In this document: positions 9,390-20,070 of the stretch, in pieces
Layout of the letters: each line of letters starts with the position of its first letter
How positions within the stretch are numbered: the stretch's first letter is position 1
Source: Candidatus Fermentibacterota bacterium
GTDB lineage: Bacteria > Fermentibacterota > Fermentibacteria > Fermentibacterales > JCC-6
Assembly (NCBI GenBank): GCA_963845085.1
Contig: CAWJQI010000005.1
Location: 288,001 to 352,000 of the forward strand
Direction of reading: 5' to 3'
DNA length: 64,000 nucleotides
Position numbers and translations under genes: made by a program
The notes under the pieces: generated by a model
What the model saw: the letters and a program-made list of their open reading frames with translations, nothing else
Told to the model about the DNA's origin: nothing
Databases searched by the model: none

Positions 9390-10558
9390 GCCGGGCGTTT
9401 ACGCTGGGGTGCATTGTTGCGCTCTGCGTCTCGTCAGGTTGCGGCCAGTCTGCCCTTGTACGGAACACACCGCCCGTCCAGCCGGTCTCCGAGCCCCCGG
9501 CGGGGGGAACCGAAGTTCTCGTGGAGGGGGTTTCATCCTTTACGGGAAGCTGGGACTCCGCCAGAGACCAGGCGCTCGGCGATGCCCTCAGAAAAGCTGT
9601 TGAACAGGGAGTAGGGGTCTTCATTGACGCCGGAAGCGTCGTCGAGAACTTCCAGCTAATCTCCGACCGCATCTACAGCCGCGCCGCCGGTTTCGTTTCA
9701 AGCTACAGGATAATCGCCGAGGAACGCACCGACGAGCTTTACAGGGTGGTCGTGCGTGCTGTGGTGAACACCGACGGCATCATGGAGGATCTTGCAGCGA
9801 CAGGCATCCTGGTGGCCGGGCAGGGACGACCGCGGGTAATGGTAGTCGTGCGCGAGGTCAGGGACTTCACCGCAGCCTCACTCGGGGATGCCGCAGCCAC
9901 GGGTTCGATGATCGAAACACTGATCATGGAAAGCTTCAGGCGCAGGGGTTTCCCCGTGGTCGACGCGGCAGCGGCTGCAGCTGTTCTCGAGCGCGACCAG
10001 CTGCTTCTGATCCTCGGGGGTGACGAACAAACCGCTGCATTGATCGGGCTCCAGGCCGGGGCCGAGATAATCGTATCCGGCACGGCGCTGCACGATGTTG
10101 AAACAAGGACGATAGCAGGCTCCCCCAGGGAGATTCACGTCTACAGGATGAACTGCCGGGCCGTCAACACGCGCACGGCAGCCGTTCTCGGCGCTTCCGC
10201 CACTTCGACCGAGGTTCCCTTCAGCGAAGACCAGGCACGTTCACAGGCTTCGTCCAAAACGGCTGATCAACTGATCGCGGCGATACTCGAAGGCTGGACC
10301 GTGAACGAGAACTCCACGGTCATTGTCGCAACGAACGCCGACTTTGACAAGCTTGCCGCGCTCAGGTCCCGGATCCGCACCGAAATACGGGGTGTCAGCG
10401 AGGTTCTGACCCGCGATTTCACCGGTTCAAGGGCAACCATCGAGGTTATTTCCGAGATACCGTCGCAGGAGGTGCTGGAACGCCTGGCCGAACTTGGCGG
10501 TGGCTTCTCGATAACGGGCGCTGCGGGCAACCGTGTTGAGATAAGGTTTTCGGACTGA
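9386..10558 (+). CDS. Lipoprotein with FlgT N-terminal-like domain
   Basis: VSSGC lipobox; ARDQALGDALRKAVEQGVGVFI; RPRVMVV central domain. Confidence 0.7.
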   Translation: MSRAFTLGCIVALCVSSGCGQSALVRNTPPVQPVSEPPAGGTEVLVEGVSSFTGSWDSARDQALGDALRKAVEQGVGVFIDAGSVVENFQLISDRIYSRAAGFVSSYRIIAEERTDELYRVVVRAVVNTDGIMEDLAATGILVAGQGRPRVMVVVREVRDFTAASLGDAAATGSMIETLIMESFRRRGFPVVDAAAAAAVLERDQLLLILGGDEQTAALIGLQAGAEIIVSGTALHDVETRTIAGSPREIHVYRMNCRAVNTRTAAVLGASATSTEVPFSEDQARSQASSKTADQLIAAILEGWTVNENSTVIVATNADFDKLAALRSRIRTEIRGVSEVLTRDFTGSRATIEVISEIPSQEVLERLAELGGGFSITGAAGNRVEIRFSD

Positions 10559-10592
10559 CCGCAACGCCCGTGAAAGAGGAAGGCAGCAGCGC

Positions 10593-11840
10593 CTAGAGCA
10601 CTCCCGCCGTGAAAGAGGTGAGCTGCCCGAGGCGGTGTGTGTAGCTGCCCATCTCGTTGTCGTACCAGCCGAAGATCTTGACGTGCGTGACAGGTATCCG
10701 GCAGACGCGGGCTTCCCCCTCGCACTGGTTCCGGCCCCCGTTGAAATCCGGGGGGATCTCCACATCGACGAAACCGGTCCGGGTATGGGTCTCGACCGCC
10801 TCGATCACAACGGCGGCGTCCTCGCCCTTCATATCAACCGAAACGTTCTGTTCCTCGCTGTATTTCACGAGCCCCGAAGCCTCGCCCTCGGCAGCCTGCC
10901 TGTAGATACCGTTTATGGAATCCCTGTCGATGAGGGGCTTTCCATCGGGCGTCATTCCCGACTGGAAGGTGACGTTCAGGATGATCAGGCTGACGGTTGC
11001 CGTCGGGATCCTGACCGACTCGGCCATGAACCCTATCCTGGAGACCTCCGGCATGACCTGTTCCAGCGCCTTTGCGGCCCCGGTCGAGGTCACGACCATG
11101 CTTGCAAGACCCGACCTGTTTTTCCTCAGGTCCTTCGCGCCGGAGCCTGGAACGCTGTCGAGCACCGGCTGGCTTGCGGTGACGGCGTGAATGGTGCTCA
11201 TTCCGGCGGTGATCATCCGCCTGGTGAGGTCACGGTCAAGCAGGGGGCGCATCATGTGGGCAAGCGCCGTGGTGGTGCAAGACCCGGCGGAGATCACCGA
11301 GTGCCGCCCCGGTTCGAAACGGTAATGGTTGATGCCGTAGATCATCATCAGGCTGTCTTCAGGGTCCGGGATGTTCTTCAGCTTGCTCTTGAAGGGCGCG
11401 CTGAGGAGCACTACACGCGCTCCGGCAGCCAGGTGCCCCCGGAGCGAGCCGCCCGGTGTGTCGGGATCATCGTGGGGGTCGACGAATGTGCCGGTGCAGT
11501 CCACAACCACCCCGACACCGTTGTCCCTCCAGCGGATATCCTTGGGGTTGCGCGCCTCGCGCAGCACCCTGACCTCACGGCCATGAAGGCTCAGAAGCCC
11601 TTCCTTCTCGCTGAGAACCCTGCAGTCGGGTTTTCCCCTGCTGCCGTGAAGCCAGCGGTGAAGGGTGCCGTAGGTGCTGTCGCGGGTCAGGTAATGAAGC
11701 AGGGAATCAAGGGAGGTGCCCACGGGTCTGCCTGTGTTCACTACGAACCTCTGAAAGTCGTCGTTGCCGAGATGATACCAGAGGGTCAGTTTTCCGATTC
11801 TGCCGAGGCCGTTGATCCCAAGAACACGCTGTGCGCCCAT
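10593..11840 (-). CDS. gap: Glyceraldehyde-3-phosphate dehydrogenase, divergent long type
   Basis: GINGLGRIG, DSTYG, SCTT catalytic Cys, TSTGAAKA, WYDNE. Confidence 0.85.
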   Translation of the reverse strand: MGAQRVLGINGLGRIGKLTLWYHLGNDDFQRFVVNTGRPVGTSLDSLLHYLTRDSTYGTLHRWLHGSRGKPDCRVLSEKEGLLSLHGREVRVLREARNPKDIRWRDNGVGVVVDCTGTFVDPHDDPDTPGGSLRGHLAAGARVVLLSAPFKSKLKNIPDPEDSLMMIYGINHYRFEPGRHSVISAGSCTTTALAHMMRPLLDRDLTRRMITAGMSTIHAVTASQPVLDSVPGSGAKDLRKNRSGLASMVVTSTGAAKALEQVMPEVSRIGFMAESVRIPTATVSLIILNVTFQSGMTPDGKPLIDRDSINGIYRQAAEGEASGLVKYSEEQNVSVDMKGEDAAVVIEAVETHTRTGFVDVEIPPDFNGGRNQCEGEARVCRIPVTHVKIFGWYDNEMGSYTHRLGQLTSFTAGVL

Positions 11841-11852
11841 TCCCTTTCCTCC

Positions 11853-14800
11853 TTACTGGATCAGTGTGGCTTGCTGAATGGTTTCAAGTCTTCCAAGGAA
11901 TATGTTGCCGGTCCGGCCGTCTATGCTGAGCCAGTCCCCGGTTCTGAGTTCATGGCCCGAGATCCTTGCCGTGCCCGTGACCTCCTCGACCTCCAGCTGG
12001 ACGCAATCCACGACCGCAGTCTTGCCGAGCCGTTTCGCCGTTACAGCGGCATGTGAAGTCGAGCCTCCGCGGGCTGTCAGTATCCCTTTGACCCTTATTA
12101 TCATGGCGATGTCTTCCGGCACCGTGTCGGGGCGAAGAAGGATCACGTTCTCCTCCGGGCTTTCCTCGATAAGATCCTCGATCTGTTCGGGGTTCACCGC
12201 GACCCTCCCGGTGTAAGCCCCCCCTGAGACACCTATTCCAACGGCAACGGGCTCGAGGGCTCCTTCAACGAGCCCCGTGAAGTACGGGGCGTCAGATGTC
12301 CCCTCCGACACCATGACCCTCTTCTGCAGGATGTAGAGGTCGTCTCCCGAAGGCGACTCGAAGGTGAACTCGATTTCCTGGGGGTCGTAGTCACGCGAGG
12401 CAAGTTCCTCCGCGACCGAGAGCAGCGCTTTGTAAACCCCGGGATAGTCGGTTTCGAGCGACGATTCCACACCGTCATATGTGGGGTTGCCCTTTCTCTG
12501 GGCCTCGGAAATCGGCAGCGGGAACACAAGCCCTCCCACGAGGTCCTCGCCCTGGCTGCACACCGTGAAATCCCCGAAAAGCCGGACCTGCCTGCTGTAG
12601 GGCTCCCTGGGGTTCCGTGTGAACGTGACGCCCGACCCGGAGCTGCGGCCCCGGTTGCCGAACACCATCCTCTGGACAACGACTGCGGTCCCCCACTCTT
12701 CGGCGATTCCCACGTAGCGCCGGAAGAAACCGGCATGCGTCGAGTTCCACGAGTCGAGAACCTTCTGAACGCAGGCAACAACCTGTCCGAACGGGTCCTC
12801 GACGAAGACAACACCGAGTTCCATGGCCTTGCTCTTGTACGCGAGGGCCATTTCACGCATCTGCTCGGGCGGAAAGTCGAGCTTCAGCTTCACCCCGTAC
12901 CTGCTCTTGAATAGGTTCATTATGCCGTCGAAGACTCCACGCTCAACGCCCGACGACATGGCCCAGGTCTGTATGAACCGGCGGTACGAGTCCCATACCG
13001 TCCATTCGTAGCCTTCGATCCGGGAAATCTCGCCTGCGAGCCGGTCGTTCAGCCCCACGTTCACGAACGTTGTCATCAGGCCGGGCATGGAGAATGCAGC
13101 CCCCGATCGGATCGCGAGCATCAGCGGACGGGACGGGTTGCCCAGCTCGAGCCCGGTTCTCTCCTCGAGCCTGTCCAGCGCACCGCGAATCCTTGCGAGA
13201 GTGTCTTCGTAAAGGGGCTTGTACGACATTGCCGGCATCGCCGCAAAGAGCTCGGTCGTGATTATGAAACAGTCCGGCACGTTGTGTCCGTACTGTGCAA
13301 GCTGCTTCAGCCCCAGACCCTTGTAGCCGAGCGTCATCTGGTCGTCTGTTTCCGGGTGATTCTCCCGAAGGTGCGAAATGAGGCCGTCGGAATCGTAGTT
13401 CATCATCCTGGTGAGGGCACTTGGGCTGAGCTGCCCTGTGAGTTCGGAGATCAGCCTGTACTTCGCGCCGACGTACCTGTCCAGCGTCTGGAGCCCCATG
13501 GCTGATACAAGAACTTCGCGCAGAACCATTTCCGACACGGCGTCAACGCACATCCCCCTCAGCCTGCACTGCCGCGGATCGTGTTCGAGGACCGTGCGCA
13601 GGATCCGTTCGTGGCTGAGGATCGAAAGCCTCGACAGCTCGGTCACGCTGTTGGAAAGGAAGAGGAAGATGTTCCGGTACTGGTTGAAAGTGACGTTGTG
13701 CCATGCGAAACTGGCCTCGAGCATGCCGATGTTCGATGAGAGGGACCTTGGATTGATGCCGTCAAGCGACAGGGCCCGTTCGAAGCGCCTGAGCTCTCCG
13801 GCCACCCTTTTGAGGGATGAGCGGTTCATGTACGGAACATCGGGGCCGGTGACCACATCCTCGAACAGGCGACTGACCAGCTGCTCCACCCTGAAGGACA
13901 GACCGAGCGCGTCGAACTTCGGCTCGGAATAGTCGCCGTACATCGACGGGATCCCGGCTGCAATGTGTCGTTTGTGGTAAATGTTCTCAACCCCCTCGGA
14001 GGGGGTCGGGTCGAGGATTATCCCCTTCAGCCATTCCAGAATGTCAAGGCAGCCATCAATAAGGGAATCCCGCTCGGCGGGGCCGGGGTGCTCCTTCCAT
14101 TTCTGAAGAGCTTTGGCAAAACGGCTTCTGAGTGCGCTGTCGAGTGAAAGGTAACCGGCAACGACCTCGTCAAGAGTATCGGCAGACGGGTGGTATTTCT
14201 GAAGAAGAAGAGTGTGAAGCCTTACCAGCAGGGCAACCCTGTCGCGGTTGAACGGCTCGTGACCGTCATCCTTCCCGAAGTCGGCCGGGCTCATCGCCAG
14301 TATCCGGGAGACGAGCTGGCCGGGCTCCTCCTCTGCACGGCCGAGAGAGGAGATGAACACATGGGGTCCCTCGGCCCACTGCCTTTCTATCTGAACCGCT
14401 GCCAATACGTTCGGTGACAGGAAGGGTTCGAGGTAGGATGAATCGAGCGTGGTCCAGTAGAGCAGCACCGCCCTGCTGAATTTCACGATGCGGTTCGAGG
14501 CCTCGGCATGGATCTGCTTCCTCAGGAAGTGCATCAGGGAATCATGCCTGCTGCACGCCTCGTCTATTCTGGTGGAGACGGAGCGCAGCTCACCCTCGGC
14601 CCCGACCTCGTTGAAGTAGACCGGGAATGTTCGCAGCAGCTGTTTGGCAACGAAGTATATGGGGCTGATGTCAGCGTTCAGGAAGCGCGTGATGTCCCTC
14701 TGGAACAGGTCGGTGTCGGCAATGTAGACCCCTCCGAGCCGGAGCTGCACGTTCAGCGCAGCGGCGAGCTTTTCGTAGATGGCCGGATTCGACTCGATGA

Positions 14801-15983
14801 TGTGCATCCAGCAGCGGATCTTCGGGAGGTGGTAGGGGTTGACCACCGTCTCCCAGTCGTCGGTTGCCCCCCTGATGTCAGGATACTGGAAGTTCCAGTA
14901 GAGGATGTCCTGCATGAGGTGATCGGCCGCCCTGGTATTTCCTGCGGTTCCGATAGCCGTTCCTATGGCTTCATAGCACTGAAGCCTGGTCAGGAGGAAA
15001 GTCTCCGCCCTGCCCTGGAAGAACCCGGTCAGCCTGCTCAGTATCCTCTCGATGTCGTGCCTGAGTTCGGGCTGCATCATTATCCGAACGACGCCAAGAA
15101 GATCCGACATAACCTCGTTCTGCCGGTTGCCGAGCGTGTCGTCCTTGAGGAAATACAGGCAGACCAGGAAGCGGTCCTCGAGGTTCTCGACCCTGAACAC
15201 CATGGATATGGCGCGGTCGATTATCTCGGAGTAGGTCGGAAAATCGTGGGAAAGCAGCCTGTCCGGTTCGGACGCATCCGCGGCACCGGAAAGCCTCTGC
15301 ATCTCGGGACAATCAAGAAACCCGAATCCCCGTGTAACCGGTTCCGGATCATTCAGCTCAGTGCCGGGCTGACGGCACCATTCCACGATGTTCAACCTGT
15401 CGGCGATGATTGTGTAGCCGGTGATCAGAACCTTCCGGTAAAGCGCAAGGCAGGCGGCGCCCAGCTCCGGCACCGAAGCAGCCTTCCTCACCATGTCACG
15501 AAGCAGGGTGTCCCTCTCGAGAAAAGGAACCGGTTCGCGTTCCAGGGTGTTCTCCAGGGAGCCGAGAAGGGCCAGCACCGGTTCGTGGTAGCACTCGGAA
15601 TGACGACCGGCAAGGCCGGTCGATATCCACATGAACACCTGCCTGAGAAGCGAGGAGGTCTGCTCCCTCGTAAGGGGTTGCCTCAGCAGTCCGTCCAGCA
15701 GTTCGGCAAGGAGGGAGAACAGCAGTTTTCTGTTCTCCGAGCCCTCGAAGTACGGCCAGTTTCGAAGCAGAACCGTCTGAAAGCCGTCGAGTATCGCATC
15801 GAAGTTCCTGAAATCGTGAAAGTACTCCTCAAGCGTTTCGACAAGACGGATCCGGACCCCGTACAACCCCTCCACGGCCTGGATGAGTGGAGCATAGCGC
15901 TCCGGTACAACGACCTTTCTCGCGGTGCCAGCGATGTTCGCCCTCAGCGCGTCGGAATCAACCGGAATATCTCTGGATGCCAC
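11853..15983 (-). CDS. Large PPDK-like protein: ~900 aa N-terminal region, ATP-grasp domain and phosphohistidine domain, with no PEP-binding barrel
   Basis: LGYKGLGL, IRSGAAFSMPGLM, VQRMVFGN, GVTFTRNP, QGEDLVGG, TARGGSTSHAAV; GTG start with RBS at 15983. Confidence 0.85.
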   Translation of the reverse strand: MASRDIPVDSDALRANIAGTARKVVVPERYAPLIQAVEGLYGVRIRLVETLEEYFHDFRNFDAILDGFQTVLLRNWPYFEGSENRKLLFSLLAELLDGLLRQPLTREQTSSLLRQVFMWISTGLAGRHSECYHEPVLALLGSLENTLEREPVPFLERDTLLRDMVRKAASVPELGAACLALYRKVLITGYTIIADRLNIVEWCRQPGTELNDPEPVTRGFGFLDCPEMQRLSGAADASEPDRLLSHDFPTYSEIIDRAISMVFRVENLEDRFLVCLYFLKDDTLGNRQNEVMSDLLGVVRIMMQPELRHDIERILSRLTGFFQGRAETFLLTRLQCYEAIGTAIGTAGNTRAADHLMQDILYWNFQYPDIRGATDDWETVVNPYHLPKIRCWMHIIESNPAIYEKLAAALNVQLRLGGVYIADTDLFQRDITRFLNADISPIYFVAKQLLRTFPVYFNEVGAEGELRSVSTRIDEACSRHDSLMHFLRKQIHAEASNRIVKFSRAVLLYWTTLDSSYLEPFLSPNVLAAVQIERQWAEGPHVFISSLGRAEEEPGQLVSRILAMSPADFGKDDGHEPFNRDRVALLVRLHTLLLQKYHPSADTLDEVVAGYLSLDSALRSRFAKALQKWKEHPGPAERDSLIDGCLDILEWLKGIILDPTPSEGVENIYHKRHIAAGIPSMYGDYSEPKFDALGLSFRVEQLVSRLFEDVVTGPDVPYMNRSSLKRVAGELRRFERALSLDGINPRSLSSNIGMLEASFAWHNVTFNQYRNIFLFLSNSVTELSRLSILSHERILRTVLEHDPRQCRLRGMCVDAVSEMVLREVLVSAMGLQTLDRYVGAKYRLISELTGQLSPSALTRMMNYDSDGLISHLRENHPETDDQMTLGYKGLGLKQLAQYGHNVPDCFIITTELFAAMPAMSYKPLYEDTLARIRGALDRLEERTGLELGNPSRPLMLAIRSGAAFSMPGLMTTFVNVGLNDRLAGEISRIEGYEWTVWDSYRRFIQTWAMSSGVERGVFDGIMNLFKSRYGVKLKLDFPPEQMREMALAYKSKAMELGVVFVEDPFGQVVACVQKVLDSWNSTHAGFFRRYVGIAEEWGTAVVVQRMVFGNRGRSSGSGVTFTRNPREPYSRQVRLFGDFTVCSQGEDLVGGLVFPLPISEAQRKGNPTYDGVESSLETDYPGVYKALLSVAEELASRDYDPQEIEFTFESPSGDDLYILQKRVMVSEGTSDAPYFTGLVEGALEPVAVGIGVSGGAYTGRVAVNPEQIEDLIEESPEENVILLRPDTVPEDIAMIIRVKGILTARGGSTSHAAVTAKRLGKTAVVDCVQLEVEEVTGTARISGHELRTGDWLSIDGRTGNIFLGRLETIQQATLIQ

Positions 15984-16233
15984 GATCCTCCCCCGCCGCC
16001 CGAAGCCCGGGCAGGAATAATCCATCCCTCTCCGAAAGCATGCATGCTTCGGACAACGAAAAGCGCCTTTCAATGGCATTTCCGAACATGATCCGAAGGT
16101 TCGAGGCCATCGGATATGATAAGCTCCGGGCTGCATCGAGGCAAACCGTCCGTGAAAATCAGGGGCTCCGTCAGTAACCCTTGTCAGGAGCGGACAGCAT
16201 GCCTCCGGGAATGGTGTTCATTGGAGGTTGCCA

Positions 16234-17049
16234 TCATCCCAGCGCCACGTCGAGCATCATCATCACGGCAAAGCCCGCCAGGGTGGTGATGGTTACCATG
16301 TCTATGTTCGCCGGGGTTCGCTGGGATTCAGGTATGAGTTCCTCGACAACGACAAAGATCATTGCGCCCGCTGCGAAACAAAGGGCGTAAGGGAGGATCT
16401 CCTGCATGTGAAGGACAAACGCGGCGCCGCAGACACCCGCCACCGGTTCCACGAGACCGGATGCCTGTCCCGCCAGAAAGCTTCTGCGCCTGCTCATGCC
16501 CTCCCGGCGCAACGGCAATGATACGGCCGCCCCTTCGGGAAAGTTCTGCAGGCCGATTCCAATGGCCAGGGCAACAGCCCCGCCCAGGGTGGCAGAAGGG
16601 AGACCGGCCGATACCGCACCGAAGGCGACGCCGACAGCAAGGCCCTCGGGGATGTTGTGAAGCGTAATGGCGAGAACCAGCAGCGTGCTTCTCCGCCATG
16701 ATGTCTTTATGCCCTCGCTGCTCTCCATTCCCATTCCCGGGTGAAGGTGCGGAAGGATGCGGTCGGTCAGCCTCATGAAAAGGCCGCCGGCCATGAATCC
16801 GATGACAGCGGTAAGCCAGGGAGTCTGCCCCATTTGCCCGGCCATTTCGATGCCGGGCGCCAGAAGCGACCAGAAACTGGCGGCTATCATTACGCCTGCC
16901 GCGAACCCCAGCATCGAATCGAGTACCCTTGGTTTTACGGTTCTGGAAAAGAAAACGAGCCCTGCACCGAGGGCCGTCACTCCCCAGGTGAAAAGCGTTG
17001 CCAGAAGCGCCTGAACTACGGGCCCGCTCCCGGGAAAGAACTCGATCAT
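16234..17049 (-). CDS. ZIP family metal transporter (ZupT/GufA)
   Basis: [24 protein letters not shown] motifs. Confidence 0.93.
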   Translation of the reverse strand: MIEFFPGSGPVVQALLATLFTWGVTALGAGLVFFSRTVKPRVLDSMLGFAAGVMIAASFWSLLAPGIEMAGQMGQTPWLTAVIGFMAGGLFMRLTDRILPHLHPGMGMESSEGIKTSWRRSTLLVLAITLHNIPEGLAVGVAFGAVSAGLPSATLGGAVALAIGIGLQNFPEGAAVSLPLRREGMSRRRSFLAGQASGLVEPVAGVCGAAFVLHMQEILPYALCFAAGAMIFVVVEELIPESQRTPANIDMVTITTLAGFAVMMMLDVALG

Positions 17050-17852
17050 CTCTCCCCGTCTCCCGACTCTTCCAAAATGTCGGCCCAGTCTCTGAGCACG
17101 CGCGGAAAGAGCTCCACCTTCGCGATGTCCCTCCCGTCCATCAGGAAGGGCAGAACATCGGCGGCAAGCTCTCTCATGCTGTAACGGGAAAGCCGGGAAA
17201 TTATCGAATCGGCGATCTTCCCCCTGTCATCGGTTCCCTGCTTCGAAAGCAAGTATGCCATGTCGGGTGAGGTTCTTCCGAAAAGGAACACCGCGTCGTA
17301 GAGGTCGCGACCCAGAATCCGTCTGCGCTGAAGGGTGGCGTGAAGCTTCTGGGCAAGGATGAGGCTATCGGGAGCCACGGATACCGTCGCGGTGACATCC
17401 AGACGATTCAAAACCTTTATTGCGGGGGAATAGTGGTAGTGCTGTGGCTCACCGTCGATCTTCAGCTTCAGCACCTGGTCCTTGTGGCCCGTAAGCCCCC
17501 ATGCCTGAAGGATTCTCTGGAAACGGACCACAGCGCTCAACTTTTCGGTGTTCCTTAGGGTAACATGGCACTCAACACCTTCCAGAAGGAAACCTCTTTC
17601 GATCCGTCTGGCTATTTCCGGCACATGCCCGGAGGAAAGCCGGCCGGTATCGAAGTCAAGGTCTTCGGAGAACCTCCTTGTGCCGTAAAAGATTCTCAGG
17701 GCCGTTCCCCCCATGAAGACAAGGCCGCTGGAAGCCCCGGTGCCGTAGATAAACCCCAGCGTCTTGTACTGAAGGTATTCGGTGAGCATCGCCCTCCTAA
17801 AACCCGGGGGAATACCCGCATAACCCGACCAGACAAGTTCGGGATCAAGCAT
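17046..17852 (-). CDS. abiEii: AbiEii nucleotidyltransferase toxin (type IV TA)
   Basis: FMGGTALR...[12 protein letters not shown]...GRDLYD. Confidence 0.88.
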   Translation of the reverse strand: MLDPELVWSGYAGIPPGFRRAMLTEYLQYKTLGFIYGTGASSGLVFMGGTALRIFYGTRRFSEDLDFDTGRLSSGHVPEIARRIERGFLLEGVECHVTLRNTEKLSAVVRFQRILQAWGLTGHKDQVLKLKIDGEPQHYHYSPAIKVLNRLDVTATVSVAPDSLILAQKLHATLQRRRILGRDLYDAVFLFGRTSPDMAYLLSKQGTDDRGKIADSIISRLSRYSMRELAADVLPFLMDGRDIAKVELFPRVLRDWADILEESGDGER

Positions 17853-18459
17853 CTTCCATAACCCTGGTCAGCATTGCACACTTCTCCATTATCCTTCTGC
17901 TTCCAAACCTGAGGGCCATTCCCGCAAGTTTTCCGGCGACGGCTCCGAATGCTTCCCGGTCCAGTCTAAGTTCCCGAAGTGATTCCGGGGTATTCAGCTC
18001 CTTCCGCAGATATAGCATATCAAGCAACGCCCTCTCGGGAAGGGCCATCAAGAAGGGATGTCTGGGACCCTGAACAACAGAGTAGCCGAACCAGTACCCG
18101 GGCTTCACGGTTCTGTAGATGAATCCGGCCGCTGGCGATAGAACGGATCTGGTCTTCCTGGTGGAAACCGAAGTCACGGAGAATGCCGTTTCTGGGATCA
18201 GCCCGTGATATGAGAGGGCTGATTCGAGGGAAACGAACGAAGGCCGGTAGATCAGGTTCGCGACTGCAAAAAGGTCCTGCTCGCCAAGAATCGAACCACT
18301 TGGAATGTAGTACCCGGGAGCGATCATCTGGACCAACCCGGCAGACCGCCACCTGTAAACCGTTTCCCTGCGCAGCCCCGGAAGGGCTGCGGCCATGTCC
18401 ACCATGGATACCACCGGCAGCTTGTCCGAAAGCTTCAGGAACTCGATAAAACGGGCCAT
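17845..18459 (-). CDS. abiEi: AbiEi antitoxin (type IV TA)
   Basis: PSFVSLESALSYHGLIPE, ALPERALLDMLY; overlaps the AbiEii gene. Confidence 0.85.
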   Translation of the reverse strand: MARFIEFLKLSDKLPVVSMVDMAAALPGLRRETVYRWRSAGLVQMIAPGYYIPSGSILGEQDLFAVANLIYRPSFVSLESALSYHGLIPETAFSVTSVSTRKTRSVLSPAAGFIYRTVKPGYWFGYSVVQGPRHPFLMALPERALLDMLYLRKELNTPESLRELRLDREAFGAVAGKLAGMALRFGSRRIMEKCAMLTRVMEDA

Positions 18460-18612
18460 TCTGTTTCCATTCTGTTACACTTATGCCATACTATAGAAAT
18501 GAATCAAAAAAAGCAAGTGCATCAAGGGTTTGGAATCCGACGATCTGGATTATTGTGCACGCCATGTTATACTTCTGCTTGGAATCGATTCACGGGCCGA
18601 AAGGGGAATGAA

Positions 18613-20061
18613 ATGATCGTTCTTCTCCTTGCCATCATCTCCAGCCCCCAGGAAATCCTCTGGACAGCGTTTCCCGACGGTGGCTTCACCGCCGTCCAAT
18701 GTGCGGGAGACGTGAACGGCGACGGCACGGAGGACATCTTCGCAGCATCCCTCGAAAACACGGGGTTTGGGATACACTGCCTCAACGGCCTTACCGGAGC
18801 CGTGATCTGGAGCAATCAAGCGGCAATGGGGGTTGCCGGACCGGGTTGTCTGCGAGAGGTTGGCGATGTCAACCTCGACGGTGTGCCAGAACTGGCCGCC
18901 GGCTGGTCGGGCTCTCCCAGCGTGTTTCTCCTGTGCGGGGCAACAGGCACGCAGTTATGGAACCTGCCCCAGGACAAACCGGTGGAGTACGTTGAGGGTG
19001 TTGTGGGTCCGGAGCCCGGAGACATAGTGGTTATCGCACTGAAAGATCCCGTTAACTACGGCTGCTTCTTTGCTATTGACGGCCAGTCCGGTCAGGAACT
19101 GTGGTATAAGTGGACCGGTTACACCCAGGATCACTGGATCAAGGTGACCGAAACGGATATAAGCGGCAACGGCTGGTCAGAGATGGGTCACTCCACCGAC
19201 CTCGGTAGTGTCATGAGCGGGTATGTTGCGATCAGGGACGGTTATACCGGAGAACTGCTCTGCAGCCAGAGCACCTGCTACTTCGGAACCATGGATGTCT
19301 GCGATTCCCCGGTCCCGAGTCTCGCCGTCTCCCACTTCGGGAACCTGCCCAGCACATGGATGGTGGACATTCCCGGGGAGGAGCCTGTCTGGGCTATCGA
19401 CGAAGTAGAATTCTGCTTCCCTTACCTTGATTTCATCGGGAATGTTACAGGGACATACACACCCCGGGCCGACCTGCTGGGCTACGGCAGCTCAAGTATC
19501 TATCTGATAAGTGGAGACAATGGCTATTACGATGATGGCTATTCGCTTTCAGCGGTTGCGACGGACTGCTTCCACGACGGCAGCCAGTGGCGTCTTGCGG
19601 CCCTGACAGCGGGCACGTTCAACTCCCCTCCCCTTGTTTTCTCCTCACCTGTAATAACTCCCCAGACCCAGTTGCCCAACTCTCCCGGCGCGTCCATGTG
19701 CCTTTTGGAATCGGACCAGTACCCCACTCCCCTTGTCGCCGTTGCCATGGAGGGCGCTTCCGGCCCCGGTATTTGTGTCATTCACACCTCATGGCCGGTT
19801 GCAACGGGCGAAACTGGCAGCTCACCCATACCCGCCCAGGTCCCGGTCAGCCTCGTGGAATGCCCCGGGACAGGGTTCCTCACTGCACAAGGAATCGCCG
19901 GCGGAGAGGCCGTAATACTCGACTCGGCAGGAAGGGTTGTAGGGACGGTCAGGCTGAGGCCAGGCGAAAGGGAGGCATTTCATCTTCCTCCCGGTGTGTA
20001 CCACCTTGTGGATTCCGCAACCGGTCTGCTTCTCCAGCGGGGAGTGGTCCTGGCCCCCTGA
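18613..20061 (+). CDS. Secreted FG-GAP/PQQ-like beta-propeller protein with C-terminal sorting-like domain
   Basis: GDVNGDGTED and GDVNLDGVPE repeats; tail ILDSAGRVV...LPPGVYHL. Confidence 0.7.
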   Translation: MIVLLLAIISSPQEILWTAFPDGGFTAVQCAGDVNGDGTEDIFAASLENTGFGIHCLNGLTGAVIWSNQAAMGVAGPGCLREVGDVNLDGVPELAAGWSGSPSVFLLCGATGTQLWNLPQDKPVEYVEGVVGPEPGDIVVIALKDPVNYGCFFAIDGQSGQELWYKWTGYTQDHWIKVTETDISGNGWSEMGHSTDLGSVMSGYVAIRDGYTGELLCSQSTCYFGTMDVCDSPVPSLAVSHFGNLPSTWMVDIPGEEPVWAIDEVEFCFPYLDFIGNVTGTYTPRADLLGYGSSSIYLISGDNGYYDDGYSLSAVATDCFHDGSQWRLAALTAGTFNSPPLVFSSPVITPQTQLPNSPGASMCLLESDQYPTPLVAVAMEGASGPGICVIHTSWPVATGETGSSPIPAQVPVSLVECPGTGFLTAQGIAGGEAVILDSAGRVVGTVRLRPGEREAFHLPPGVYHLVDSATGLLLQRGVVLAP

Positions 20062-20070
20062 CCCTTCGCA

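Noticed and set aside
10635..16091. Long plus-strand ORFs (473 aa and 527 aa) opposite gap and the PPDK-like gene; similar ones opposite the mur genes
   Set aside because: Antisense shadow ORFs typical of high-GC coding DNA; no motifs or RBS.
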